Positions 21,801-29,926 of a stretch of 64,000 nucleotides of DNA are shown piece by piece; within the stretch, counting starts at the first letter, position 1; each line of letters opens with the position of its first letter. Position numbers and translations under genes: made by a program. Under the pieces are notes generated by a model. That model ran no database searches and was not told where the DNA came from. It was given only the letters and a program-made list of their open reading frames with translations. Source of the DNA: an uncultured virus (IMG/VR IMGVR_UViG_2912375805_000003). Taxonomy: Duplodnaviria > Heunggongvirae > Uroviricota > Caudoviricetes. Location of the stretch: the IMG/VR virus record IMGVR_UViG_2912375805_000003, one strand, 5' to 3'.

Positions 21801-22602
21801 CTGACATATTAGTAGATTCGCCCATATCAATCATTGTCTTGGTGAAACTAACTACATTTTCTGTCTTAATCCCTAATTGACCTGCTGCTTCAGCAACGTT
21901 CGCTATTTCTTGGTGGCTTGCTGGCAATTTAGTCGCTAAATCACGAAGGCCTTTTTCTAAATCACTGTAGGAGTAAACTACGTTCCCATTCGAATCTACA
22001 ACTTCATCATTTGTCTTTTTTACTCCTGCAAAAGCACTTTCCCAAGAAATAGCTGCACTAGTAACAGCAGTTGCACCTGCCACTATTGGAGCTGTTACTC
22101 CAACAGTTAGGGCAGATCCTATCCCAGAAACTCCTTTACCAAAGGCTTCAATTTTTTTCCCAGAATTAATCAATACATCAGAATTAGCTTTTAGTTTCCC
22201 CGTAATCCCTTCCGTTTCCACTTTCATCCGAGCAATCTGTCCAACGGTTGTTTTCATCTGAGATTCGTAACTTGCTGATCTAGCTGTTGCTTGATTCAAT
22301 TGATTAGCGTATTTAGCAGTCGAAGCAGTAGCGTTTCCATTAGAGTCAAAACTATCCTTATAAGCCTTAGTGAGCAATTCTACTTGCTTTTCATTTGCTT
22401 GTAGAACTCCGCCTAAACCATTATATTTTGCTTGTAAAGCACCGAGAGAATTCCCTGAAGAGTTCATTACTTGCATCTGTGATTTCATTGCTTTCATTTG
22501 ATGGTTAACAGCGTTTTTAGCTCCGGCTAGACCTTTTGAAAAAGCTGAACTGTCTAAGTCTAGTTTTATAATCATATTGCCTAAAGGTTTTCCATTTGCC
22601 AT
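15838..22602 (-). CDS. Tail tape measure protein with C-terminal zinc-peptidase-like and lytic transglycosylase (SLT) domains
   Basis: 2254 aa; TP901-type core (WESAFAGVKKT); SGYR...H...AIDL...HFDHIH; QIQTESGGN...ATGLLQ. Confidence 0.92.
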   Translation of the reverse strand: MANGKPLGNMIIKLDLDSSAFSKGLAGAKNAVNHQMKAMKSQMQVMNSSGNSLGALQAKYNGLGGVLQANEKQVELLTKAYKDSFDSNGNATASTAKYANQLNQATARSASYESQMKTTVGQIARMKVETEGITGKLKANSDVLINSGKKIEAFGKGVSGIGSALTVGVTAPIVAGATAVTSAAISWESAFAGVKKTNDEVVDSNGNVVYSYSDLEKGLRDLATKLPASHQEIANVAEAAGQLGIKTENVVSFTKTMIDMGESTNMSAETAATSLARFANITQMSQKDFDKLGSVIVDLGNNFATTESEITEMGLRLAGAGKQIGMSQGEILGFATALSSVGVEAEAGGSAFSKVMIQMQLAVEKGFGAFDQLKQMAEEQGVPWVNLVNAVRDGGKSLKAVSEQMGFTSSDLKKMYKEADNSKSSLENFANVAGVTSEQFQKLFKSDPSEAIIKFIQGLKDSEKHGTSAIKVLDDMDIKEVRLRDSLLRAANASDIFKGAIEKGNGAWKQNTALTNEANKRYETTESKLKMLKNEVIDTAIDLGGPFVDALRDGLNVSKPLIKNLGNMAKAFSAMSDDQQRNIIKWVGLAAAAGPALKLLGTGTSVIGKVTSTTGRLTKSLVDLAAKAAEKKALDAFASSVTTAGAAAAKTAGAGGIGGLVPMMGKTASAASTAAGASGIGAMTTSLGLLGPALLGIVGVGGALAVGYGAWKLFGEEAWNSSQRVKQWGTDVGEEIDNTLDGVQKNIEGANGQFGLLKEGFTVDDANNMAANFATAGTSLETSLTGRIKALDDALKGLPQSVQDAMKEVAESEEETLGQSLSKIKDNNEEIKKIRERAANQNRDLTVSELQQIQDLMKGTSQAYVDTLDVSAKDRKKILSAMNGDVAQATEEEAKTWLQSLAKQKAATTENYRQMLEEKKAALKEKGVSKEFIDALEDEMNDYIKTTNQGFDSQIAAITNKYPQLINEVSLSNGQLFSKTAAAMDNTGQYTKVFLESNEKILAQAKKTSDEIADNAEKNAEQLGMVADEATHAGSTWNGLVLDEKTGKVKTNVQEVVNEATKDFTKWNELKPVVHDAKLTTNAKDVISIAAVQNGYWDDMEWKEKEALLEDECSKNVYKALENAGKWNELDIPSKEAILTSNTPEVMGETLMNLGLWDTYKLQVKDLDLNAYKVYDAIDGSEEKLNSWAQLDNPTKELLLDNSDFSTKLFNSEEMFKRWNQLSSNAKFLSANNTKFTEVLLSSDRMWNQWVNLPDNEKRLLADNEDLATTVLSSEEIYGRWTQLPDNQKYMLADNTDLANKIFASEESWNAWKAIPDIVKNLLGNNIDLLAKVKDGTVSVEEYNKVMPLLKTLYGDNVNLKEAISGAKSSIENYNKNIFPNDKTAVGHDEASQAAKDAFEAFNIFQTKIPDKITKTVSADFIGPMPNAKGTNFHPGGAAMVNDQKGPTYEELITLPSGEAFIPKGRNVVLDLPRGSKVLNATKTKRLVPKYADGIGNITTVSSTLNLDALILAINELTTVLRTQLMAETTNAKDTKLSDETKVADPIIPGSLSEKSDQYLGIGAQWLTNLMNGWNSAVPQYMNSEMVFITNYLNALKLQNNPNYTQGVAWNKNLLNGWNSLTGTFISTINSFCNQAMVTLRNYNTPMYNNGRTWQQNNLNGWNSLYGSFIARVNQLGNDSINNLRSKSGGFYNAGTFLLQSLINGMNSLGNSLSTTMNNVANTMVGGMGKGVNGVISGVNYVLKEVESSKNIGNWPIPQYAKGTDGHPGGLAMINDQKGLVHEEYVQMPDGRGFIAKGRDLLVNLPKGAQVLNASLTKKLKERLNIPHYEKGIGNLDIVDLLDDEKRMLEFLTSKVDFSGINEPWLDMTKSGTSLMSKAANTMLQSKLSEFFTHGNFDGAVNANGVYQYLVDVAQKVMGKFPGLTVTSGYRAGDAYYHGKRQAIDLAYPGISGDPRYTAAANYAFEKFPSKIAYVITNGRVRDRMGLSGTGSSGQWTNWPDGDHFDHIHLNGSMGSGDIFNGGVGGSGVARWRSYVSKALKMNGLPATAAYINAWMSQIQTESGGNEKAIGGNDGLAEGNATGLLQTKPGTFAANAFPGHGNIMNGFDNMLAAINYAKKRYGVAGMLQVIGKGHGYANGGLITKDGLYRAGEGNKPEMVIPLTRKTRAIELMGQALAFLSGDDKKRSNTTNTADNSAELVTLIKQQQKQHNELMMILRAILGKDLSLKSSDIGQAANHYMGSDLNKLRYTNGGV

Positions 22603-22617
22603 ATGTTTACCTCCTCT

Positions 22618-23105
22618 CTACATGGATTTCAAGAAGTCTTTAAGATCAACTTCTTTTTGTTTCTCTTTCTTAGGCGAAGTGCACGCAATTTTCATCATCA
22701 TTTCAAAGGAATTATCTTCTATGTCAGATAGTGACCATCCCGCTTTCACTAACTCTCTGCATAGGTTTAAGTACATTTCTTCTGCTTCTTCGGGTGTTAC
22801 TTTTTTGCGTCTGGGTCTGGATTACTTTCAATCCCCATTACTTCTCCTAGGATGTCGTCCAATGTGCTCATTACCTTCTCAGATGGTAAGCCATCAAGAA
22901 TTTGTTCAGCTGTCAATTTGCTATCCCTGAAGATACCTACAGCAAAATCCAAATAAATGTCTAAACGATTCCAAATCATTACTCCATCTTCATTTAGCTT
23001 TTTGATTGTTTCTAAAGCTTTTCGATAATCTTTACCTGTTGTGTCTATGTTTTCATAGACTTTCTTTCCTGATTCTTCTTTCAATTCAATTCTTACTTTT
23101 GCCAT
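22618..23105 (-). CDS. Tail assembly chaperone gpG (22797-23105) and -1 frameshift product gpGT (to 22618)
   Basis: Slippery A AAA AAG before the stop (22800-22806); -1 frame VTPEEAEEMYLNLCRELV... open to just before TMP. Confidence 0.82.
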
Positions 23106-23150
23106 TTAGATTCCTCCATTATTTTCCAAATAAAAAAGCTAGTCCGAAGA

Positions 23151-23618
23151 CTAGCCCGCTGCTTTTTCAATAACTGTAATAGTACATTTTGCTACTTTAC
23201 CGCCATCCGTAGTAGTAAATGAAACTTCTGTAGTTCCGCCAACTTCAGCGTCTGTTTTTACTGTAACGTTGCCTCCAGTAACAGTAGCTACAGCTGTATT
23301 CGAACTGCTCCAGCTTCCTGTTTTGTCTGTTGCATTTGCTGGTGTTACAGTAGGAGTTAATTTTAAGGTTCCGCCTTGTTCGACTTCAGCTGTCGTTTTA
23401 TCCAACGTCACACCAGTAACTGAAATTGGAAGAGTGGTAAATGCAGGAATATCTACTTTTACTGATTCTTGACCTCCAACCACACGCGTAGCTTGGTAGT
23501 CTCCTTTAGCAACTTGAGTATTTGCTGCAATTCCAGTAATAGAAAGTGGACTTTCACCCTCTGCGACTTTTGTAAATTCAGTACCATTTTTTTTATAGAT
23601 TTTAAATGTATCTGGCAT
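23151..23618 (-). CDS. Ig-like virion accessory protein: truncated FN3-like N-domain plus Big_2 domain
   Basis: VTGVTLDKTT...LTPTVTPANATDKTGSWSSSNTAVATV (Big_2); N-part FKIYKK/LSITGIAANT/YQAT/ES...FTT. Confidence 0.82.
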   Translation of the reverse strand: MPDTFKIYKKNGTEFTKVAEGESPLSITGIAANTQVAKGDYQATRVVGGQESVKVDIPAFTTLPISVTGVTLDKTTAEVEQGGTLKLTPTVTPANATDKTGSWSSSNTAVATVTGGNVTVKTDAEVGGTTEVSFTTTDGGKVAKCTITVIEKAAG

Positions 23619-23628
23619 AGTTATCCTC

Positions 23629-23704
23629 CTAACTTAATTCAACTGTTACCCCATTAATAGTGGGAGTGATTGCTCCAACAACGGAGCTAGTTACTCCCCC
23701 GCTG
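23629..23704 (-). other. Putative -1 frameshift site and 21-aa extension of the major tail protein
   Basis: GCG GGG GAG TAA; -1 frame VTSSVVGAITPTINGVTVELS*. Confidence 0.72.
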
Positions 23705-24278
23705 CAGGAAATACCATCTCTTTCAAAGCAGTAATAGAAGCTTCTTCGTCTCCAACATATTTTGCGACTGTTTGGCCTTTAGCATCACCTTCAACATCAT
23801 TGGCAATCGCTGAAAATACATATTCTTCTGCTTCTGGTTCGAAAGCTTCATTTGTCGTAGTGTTAAGATTAATAGATTCACGACTGAATTTTCCTTTGAA
23901 CATCGCAAGCATTGCTGTATCGCCGTTCAAATCCTCCGATTCCATCAAAATTGCACAATATGGTGGCTCAGTATCTTCTCCCAAGAAGCTGATTTTGTTT
24001 GTATCGGTTTTGTAACCAAGAATTTTGTCATTTACTTCTGTTGGTAAATCTAACAATCCAAAAGTAGCTGAAACATCGCCTGTTCCTTTTTGAGAGACAT
24101 AGTAAGCGATGTTCGATCCGTAAACTTTTGATGGTTCTTTTGATAGCCCACTGATTTCAGCAGATACAGTCGCCCCTTTGTCTTGTTCACCTTCAATTAC
24201 ATATAAATTTGCTGCTGGAATCTTCCCTGTGCTGTCAAAGATCCCGATTGTCATTTTTTTGAATCCTACTAAAGTCAT
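23691..24278 (-). CDS. Major tail protein (phi13 family-like)
   Basis: 195 aa; EDTEPPYCAILMES motif; position upstream of the chaperone and TMP. Confidence 0.88.
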   Translation of the reverse strand: MTLVGFKKMTIGIFDSTGKIPAANLYVIEGEQDKGATVSAEISGLSKEPSKVYGSNIAYYVSQKGTGDVSATFGLLDLPTEVNDKILGYKTDTNKISFLGEDTEPPYCAILMESEDLNGDTAMLAMFKGKFSRESINLNTTTNEAFEPEAEEYVFSAIANDVEGDAKGQTVAKYVGDEEASITALKEMVFPAAGE

Positions 24279-24338
24279 AAAATTTTCCTCCTAATTTTGG
24301 GTAATAAAAAAAGACACGTTATTTTCGTGTCTTAATTT

Positions 24339-24749
24339 CTAATATTCGGTATCGTAAATTTTTGTATTTCCTTCGTAACGACGCGCGTCTACAAAGCGTT
24401 TTGTTTCAGAAAAGTATTCATCTAACCCTTGACCAGAAATTTGGCCAAAGCCTAGTTTTTTCATCTCTTTTTTTATCTCATATTGAATCTGCTTGCATGT
24501 TGCTCTATATTTCGATTCAACATCAATCTGTACCATATGCTCTACAGAAAGCTCTTTGTTACTTCCGTGATATGCTTCGTTAGGTGTATCTACAGGACGA
24601 AGTGTGATCATTGGCCCTGTTTTATCGGCGGTTTCAGGTTGCTCATAAAATTTAATACGATATTGCTCGGTATTCTCGTTATATGTCATTGAACGAATAT
24701 ACTCATTCAAACAAAGAGCCTCATAAATGATATTGAGCATATCTTTCAT
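24339..24749 (-). CDS. Tail completion/terminator protein
   Basis: Position before the major tail gene; VQIDV and VDARRY motifs. Confidence 0.7.
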   Translation of the reverse strand: MKDMLNIIYEALCLNEYIRSMTYNENTEQYRIKFYEQPETADKTGPMITLRPVDTPNEAYHGSNKELSVEHMVQIDVESKYRATCKQIQYEIKKEMKKLGFGQISGQGLDEYFSETKRFVDARRYEGNTKIYDTEY

Positions 24750-25150
24750 AATCTCTTTTTAACCTCCTCCCCAACAGCATCAAAATATAGTGGCTCGGAA
24801 TTTTTAAGCGATTTAGTGATTACGCCAAAACCTCTTGGCCTAATTTGCTTACCTTTTCGTGTATATCCCCATTCATTTAAGTGAATGATTCTATAACGCT
24901 GATGAGGACCATTCCAACCGATTTCAGCTTCTGCCTTGTAATTTCTATACGTAGCGTTCTTACGTACAACCTCATCAATCGTATAACCTTTGTCTTTAAA
25001 AACGGTCATGTCCGTTTGCAACTGTTTTTCTACTTTTTCAGCGCCAACATTGATTGCTTTTTTTGTTAATGTCTTAGTTTTCTTTTCTCCAAACTTTTTT
25101 TCTAAAGCTTGGATTGTTTCTTGAACGCCTTCAAACTTTACGTTACTCAT
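24746..25150 (-). CDS. HK97 gp10-like head-tail joining protein
   Basis: IIHLNEWGYT motif; synteny. Confidence 0.72.
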   Translation of the reverse strand: MSNVKFEGVQETIQALEKKFGEKKTKTLTKKAINVGAEKVEKQLQTDMTVFKDKGYTIDEVVRKNATYRNYKAEAEIGWNGPHQRYRIIHLNEWGYTRKGKQIRPRGFGVITKSLKNSEPLYFDAVGEEVKKRL

Positions 25151-25165
25151 CGTTTATCACCAAAT

Positions 25166-25528
25166 TTAAGTAATTAATTCTAATACTATCTTTACAATTG
25201 AATTTTCTTCCAAATCCGGTGAGACATCGATTATTTCCCAAACTTTATCTCCATATCGATAATCTAATATCCTTACTTTATGTTTGTTAGTAGGAATATA
25301 AGATTGATGGGGATCCCGTATTTTTATCGTAACGCCTTCTTTTGTGCCAAGAATGTCACGATCTTTCATTGATGGGTTGTAAACTAGTGCTGTACAAAAA
25401 TACAGTTCCTTTTTTTCTTCATCACCAGGTTCTGGACCCTTATTAGGTTGAAACTCAAAAAAAGTAACTGGCGTATTTAGATCACCAGCTACAATTTTAG
25501 GCTTCTTATAATTTGATTTAATTGGCAT
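25166..25528 (-). CDS. Head closure / head-tail adaptor protein
   Basis: GDLNTPVTF...WEIIDVSPD; synteny. Confidence 0.72.
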   Translation of the reverse strand: MPIKSNYKKPKIVAGDLNTPVTFFEFQPNKGPEPGDEEKKELYFCTALVYNPSMKDRDILGTKEGVTIKIRDPHQSYIPTNKHKVRILDYRYGDKVWEIIDVSPDLEENSIVKIVLELIT

Positions 25529-25796
25529 ATCCAGCACCTGCCAGATCAATTGATGCATCCATAATCATTGTTTGAAAATTGTCGTAAAAGTACTCTAGTG
25601 ATTCGTTCCGTAGATACCGAGTACGTTCATAAACTAATTCTTTTCCTTTCTCATAAGTGGAAGGATCAAAACTGCCGATTAGAGATTTTATATCGGCAAA
25701 CCCGCTCTCTAACTGTTTCCCGATATCCTCATCTTCGGAAGTATGGAAAATACGAAATCGGGCCTTATATTCTTTTATAAATTCTTCAGTGTTCAT
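25518..25796 (-). CDS. Head-tail connector (gp6-like)
   Basis: 92 aa after the capsid gene; ELVYERTRY. Confidence 0.72.
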   Translation of the reverse strand: MNTEEFIKEYKARFRIFHTSEDEDIGKQLESGFADIKSLIGSFDPSTYEKGKELVYERTRYLRNESLEYFYDNFQTMIMDASIDLAGAGYAN

Positions 25797-25809
25797 ACTC
25801 TAACCCCAT

Positions 25810-25885
25810 TTACGAAAGATTAATGACTGCCCCATCAGTCGTCGGTGTTATCTCACCAATTGCAGGGGACGTTACTCCCCCGCTG
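25810..25885 (-). other. Putative -1 frameshift site and 21-aa extension of the major capsid protein
   Basis: GCG GGG GAG TAA; -1 frame VTSPAIGEITPTTDGAVINLS*. Confidence 0.72.
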
Positions 25886-27032
25886 TAAAGTCCAAGTCAT
25901 ATACTTGTGCTGCATCATTATTTGTTGGATAGCCATTACCAAGCATGTCGACAGCATACAAAGTTGCGCGTTTCATTGCAAAAGTTTCTTTATATACATA
26001 GACTTTTTCAGCTCTTGATTGAGTAGCTTCATACTCTTTATCAACGTATGCAATGCATTTACTTTCTGGTACGTCTACAGATTCGATGATATGATCAACA
26101 GCGATAAATGGCATCGTAGTCCCATACACATTGTTTAAATTTGCAAATGTAACTCTAGCTACGATATCCCAGTAATCAACAGGATTAACAATTAGATACA
26201 CTCGTCCAGCAACAGAACGGTATTCCACTTCACCTTCATCGTCACCATCTACTTTGTATGTGTATTTAGATAATTTTTTCATCACCCCTGCAAGTTCAAG
26301 AACAATCTTCTCTTTCGCAAAAGTTAATGTCCCTGCGCTAGCTTTATCTGGATATACACCACTTGTGACCGCACCATCTAGATCTTTAAGCAATCCAATT
26401 GGCTCATCTTTACCAGAACCTGTAATAATTTTTTTAGCCCAAACATCACGTACTGCTTCACTTAAAGAAAGATTGATAAAACGGTCAATCCATCGTGGTC
26501 CTAAATCTAAGGTATCATTAGAAATTAAGAAAAATGCGGTCAACGCAAGTTGAACAAATTCAGTTGCACCAAATTCAGCATCTAGTTGGCCTTCAAGGTC
26601 TTTATGCAATGGTCCAAAAACAGCAACACCTTTACGACGTGCTCTAATTACTTTGACACGACCTACAGTTGGTGTAAAGTTAATGAGGCCTAAAATAGGA
26701 TGATCGTTTTGAAGATTTTCAAAAACACGTTCCAAAATCGTTTCTGGCCAAACTACGTCAGAATCGAAACCTCCAGATTTTACGGCTTCATTATAAAACT
26801 TTGTTTCTTCTACTGTTAGTGTAGGAATTCCACGAGCCTCTAATACACGGTTGTCCGTCACATTTTTCAATTCTTCATATTCAGCACGCACCTGTTTGCC
26901 GGCATCTTCTGCAATGGCAGTTACATATTCTTCTAGAGCAGCATTAATTTGTTCGGGTGTTGCATCTTCTTTCGAAGAAATAGCATTAAATGCCTTTTTT
27001 GCATCTGCAGTTTTATCTGTAATTTTTAACAT
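25872..27032 (-). CDS. Major capsid protein (HK97 family)
   Basis: 386 aa after the prohead protease; ITGSGKDEPIGLL motif. Confidence 0.9.
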   Translation of the reverse strand: MLKITDKTADAKKAFNAISSKEDATPEQINAALEEYVTAIAEDAGKQVRAEYEELKNVTDNRVLEARGIPTLTVEETKFYNEAVKSGGFDSDVVWPETILERVFENLQNDHPILGLINFTPTVGRVKVIRARRKGVAVFGPLHKDLEGQLDAEFGATEFVQLALTAFFLISNDTLDLGPRWIDRFINLSLSEAVRDVWAKKIITGSGKDEPIGLLKDLDGAVTSGVYPDKASAGTLTFAKEKIVLELAGVMKKLSKYTYKVDGDDEGEVEYRSVAGRVYLIVNPVDYWDIVARVTFANLNNVYGTTMPFIAVDHIIESVDVPESKCIAYVDKEYEATQSRAEKVYVYKETFAMKRATLYAVDMLGNGYPTNNDAAQVYDLDFTAGE

Positions 27033-27036
27033 ATCT

Positions 27037-27741
27037 TTATTCTCCTTTTCGCAATCGTGCGATTAATGATTTTTGTTTTGATTCTTGTTCGATTTTATTA
27101 GTAACAGGTTCCTTTAAATTCGCTATTGCAACGGCAACAGCATCTTGAATCATCGCTGCAATATTTTGAGGTTCGTTTTGTGGTTCTTCACGCTTCACAG
27201 AATTGGCAAATCCATATTTGACAGCTTCATCTGCTGTAAACCATTTTTCTTCATTCATCCATTCACGCAACTTATCAACAGATTGGCCAGTCTTATCTGA
27301 ATAAATAGCTAAGATAGAATCATCGATCGTTTCCAATGCGTTTAACGTTTTTTGGATGTCCTGTTTATTCCCCCAAGCAAATGTAGAAGCTTCATGAATC
27401 ATCAAAGAAGTCCCAACATTCATAATCACATCATTGGCACCAGCGACAATAAACGTTGCTGCGCTTGCGGCAAGCCCTGTAACTTCTACAGTAATATTTG
27501 ATGGGTGATCTTTTAAATAATTGTAAATCTCAATCCCTTCAAACACATCACCGCCTGGGCTGTTCAACTTGATTACAATATCATCGGTTACAGTATCTAG
27601 AGAGTCACGAATATCTTTAGCGTTTATGACATCATCATCACGCCAATATTTTTTCTGTACATTTCCACTCAAGGTGAGAATGTGCTTACCATTCTGAATT
27701 TCGTTAGTAAACTGAAATGGTACTTTTTTAGCTTTCGGCAT
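27037..27741 (-). CDS. ClpP-type prohead maturation protease
   Basis: LNSPGGDVFEG, GLAASAAT, LMIHEAS; start set by RBS GGAGGTG. Confidence 0.92.
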   Translation of the reverse strand: MPKAKKVPFQFTNEIQNGKHILTLSGNVQKKYWRDDDVINAKDIRDSLDTVTDDIVIKLNSPGGDVFEGIEIYNYLKDHPSNITVEVTGLAASAATFIVAGANDVIMNVGTSLMIHEASTFAWGNKQDIQKTLNALETIDDSILAIYSDKTGQSVDKLREWMNEEKWFTADEAVKYGFANSVKREEPQNEPQNIAAMIQDAVAVAIANLKEPVTNKIEQESKQKSLIARLRKGE

Positions 27742-28900
27742 TGTCGTTCTCACCTCCCTTCACAGTTTCTTCATAGTTTTTCGTACGAATACGAATTTTT
27801 CCTTCATTATTTGGCAACTCATCATAATCAACTTCATCACGAACTTCGTCAATATAAAACGCACCACCAGATGTTATTTTGTCAATTTGAGTAGCATACT
27901 CTAATAGATCTTTTTGGAGAACTTTTTTAACTTCTATACGTTCCCCGTTTTTGTACTCTTGTCGACTAATTATTTTTGCCACCAATTCGTCCTGAAGTTT
28001 TTTAACTAGTGGAGCAATACACAATTTACGAAAAGCTTTAATATTTGAATCTAGTTCAGCTTTTTCGCCATAAATAAGCGCCGTAGGTACTCCTATGGCG
28101 TTGGCAACATCGGCAATTAAAGACGACTTCATCTTATTCAGTTCATCTAGTGATTGATTCGATACGCCTTGTTTATTGGTGTATTCCTCATACTCAAAGC
28201 CTTTCACTTTGGGAACAATTGCAACTGAGTTAGTTTTAAAAGAGTTCCAAATCTTATCAATATATTCTTGTAATCTTTGAGATCTAGTCTTACCATCTTT
28301 TCCTTTTTCATCATTTGCCGTTCCTGTTGAATCAATGGAGACAGACCCACGAATTTGGTTATTGCGCATTGCAACTTCTAGAATCCGTCCGAACAACTCG
28401 GCGTAATCTTCAAATAAACCTCGTGTAAACCTTTCTAATTCTTCGTTATTATATTCCATATAAATGACGTCAGACATGGCCCATGAACGTTCAAAGACAA
28501 AATTTTTCACCATCACATTTGTAAAAACATCATCATACACGGCATACTCTGTTCGACTAAAATCATCAGCAATCAGCAATTGATTATCATCTGTAAATAT
28601 CACTAACACTTCGTTGTCATCTAAGAGCCGATAAAAAAATTTTTGCCAAAATGTAGCTGCTGACATATCAGAATTAGGTCGGACATTTAGAATGTAATCC
28701 CAATCTGATGTCCCATCTTTATTTTTAAACTTAACTTCTAACGTTGACATAGTTCTTGCAACAAAATCAAGAACTGTACTTTTAGCCATGATTTTCAAAT
28801 ATGCTCTAGCAGATTCTTCATCACCAAACACAAAGTCAGGAATCCAATCCGATGGATCTTCGTTCTTTATTGATTGCTTAAAGATATCAAATAAACTCAC
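27728..28900 (-). CDS. Portal protein
   Basis: LNVRPNSDMSAATFW; VANAIGVPTALI; IDEVRD. Confidence 0.9.
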   Translation of the reverse strand: MSLFDIFKQSIKNEDPSDWIPDFVFGDEESARAYLKIMAKSTVLDFVARTMSTLEVKFKNKDGTSDWDYILNVRPNSDMSAATFWQKFFYRLLDDNEVLVIFTDDNQLLIADDFSRTEYAVYDDVFTNVMVKNFVFERSWAMSDVIYMEYNNEELERFTRGLFEDYAELFGRILEVAMRNNQIRGSVSIDSTGTANDEKGKDGKTRSQRLQEYIDKIWNSFKTNSVAIVPKVKGFEYEEYTNKQGVSNQSLDELNKMKSSLIADVANAIGVPTALIYGEKAELDSNIKAFRKLCIAPLVKKLQDELVAKIISRQEYKNGERIEVKKVLQKDLLEYATQIDKITSGGAFYIDEVRDEVDYDELPNNEGKIRIRTKNYEETVKGGENDNAES

Positions 28901-29028
28901 ATATTTTCACCACCTTTCAAGGTAAAATAAAAAGCCCTATTTCTAGGACTATACTCCATTACTTATAATAATTTTATTTCCATCTTGTAACGTGTATCTT
29001 ATTCTCAAAAGAGATAATAAGTTATCAT

Positions 29029-29895
29029 TTATCTTTCTATTTTCAAATAGTTTTCTATTTTTTTTCTTGTTTTTACTGATTCACGATACGATTTCTTTTC
29101 AACAAAATTATCCTTAATGATTTCAGTTAAAAACTCTGGATGTTCGAAATGCTGTTTTAAATCAATATCTAGTTCATCACCAAAGAATGATGTTTCAATT
29201 AACTCAATCCCCATACCCGTTCCGCGAAGAGTAAACAAAGAATTTATAAGAATTATATAAAATTCGTAATCTTCAATCTGACTACGTAATATGCCAACAT
29301 ACATTTTGTATTCTTCATGCGAAATATCTTTTGATTCATACCTGTTATTTAGTATTTTAAGAATCCTATGGAATACTTTTAGATAACTACCTATGTCTTT
29401 GTAGTTATCCTCAAATATTTCATTAATTTTTTTAACGCTTTCGCTTAAAACTTTATTCAATGATGCACTATATTCTTTTAAATCCTCCTGTACTTCTTTA
29501 GTAGTTTCTTTATTTTCTCTAACATCTAAATTTGTATTTATATTATTTATAGGTACTTTAATTCTTTTTTCAATTGTACTAAATAATTCAGAATTCATTT
29601 TATCCTGTATACTTTTGAATAAATTTAGCAAATTATAAAAATCTTTACTGACGTTATCTTTAATTAAGTTTTTTGAAGATTCTAATTGAGTTTGAATTGT
29701 TCGAACAAAAACAATTAGTGTTAATGCTGGTCCTAAAATTGAAATAATTAGTTTAGCTCTTTCTAAAACCAAATTCTTTGAAACTACACTGTCATTTGGA
29801 ATAATAATTTCTGATAGTTTTATTGCCACAAATGTAAAAGCTAAAATCCCCAACATGTAAAATACCCAAGATATGTTTTTTCCTTTTATCCTCAT
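29029..29895 (-). CDS. Putative phage abortive infection protein (putAbiC-like) with two N-terminal TM helices
   Basis: Very AT-rich; IGSYLKVFHRILKIL...YVGILRSQI..E..IILINSL pattern; start MRIKGK behind AGGGG. Confidence 0.65.
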   Translation of the reverse strand: MRIKGKNISWVFYMLGILAFTFVAIKLSEIIIPNDSVVSKNLVLERAKLIISILGPALTLIVFVRTIQTQLESSKNLIKDNVSKDFYNLLNLFKSIQDKMNSELFSTIEKRIKVPINNINTNLDVRENKETTKEVQEDLKEYSASLNKVLSESVKKINEIFEDNYKDIGSYLKVFHRILKILNNRYESKDISHEEYKMYVGILRSQIEDYEFYIILINSLFTLRGTGMGIELIETSFFGDELDIDLKQHFEHPEFLTEIIKDNFVEKKSYRESVKTRKKIENYLKIER

Positions 29896-29926
29896 GAAAG
29901 CACCCCTTTGTAAAGAAAAGTATACC

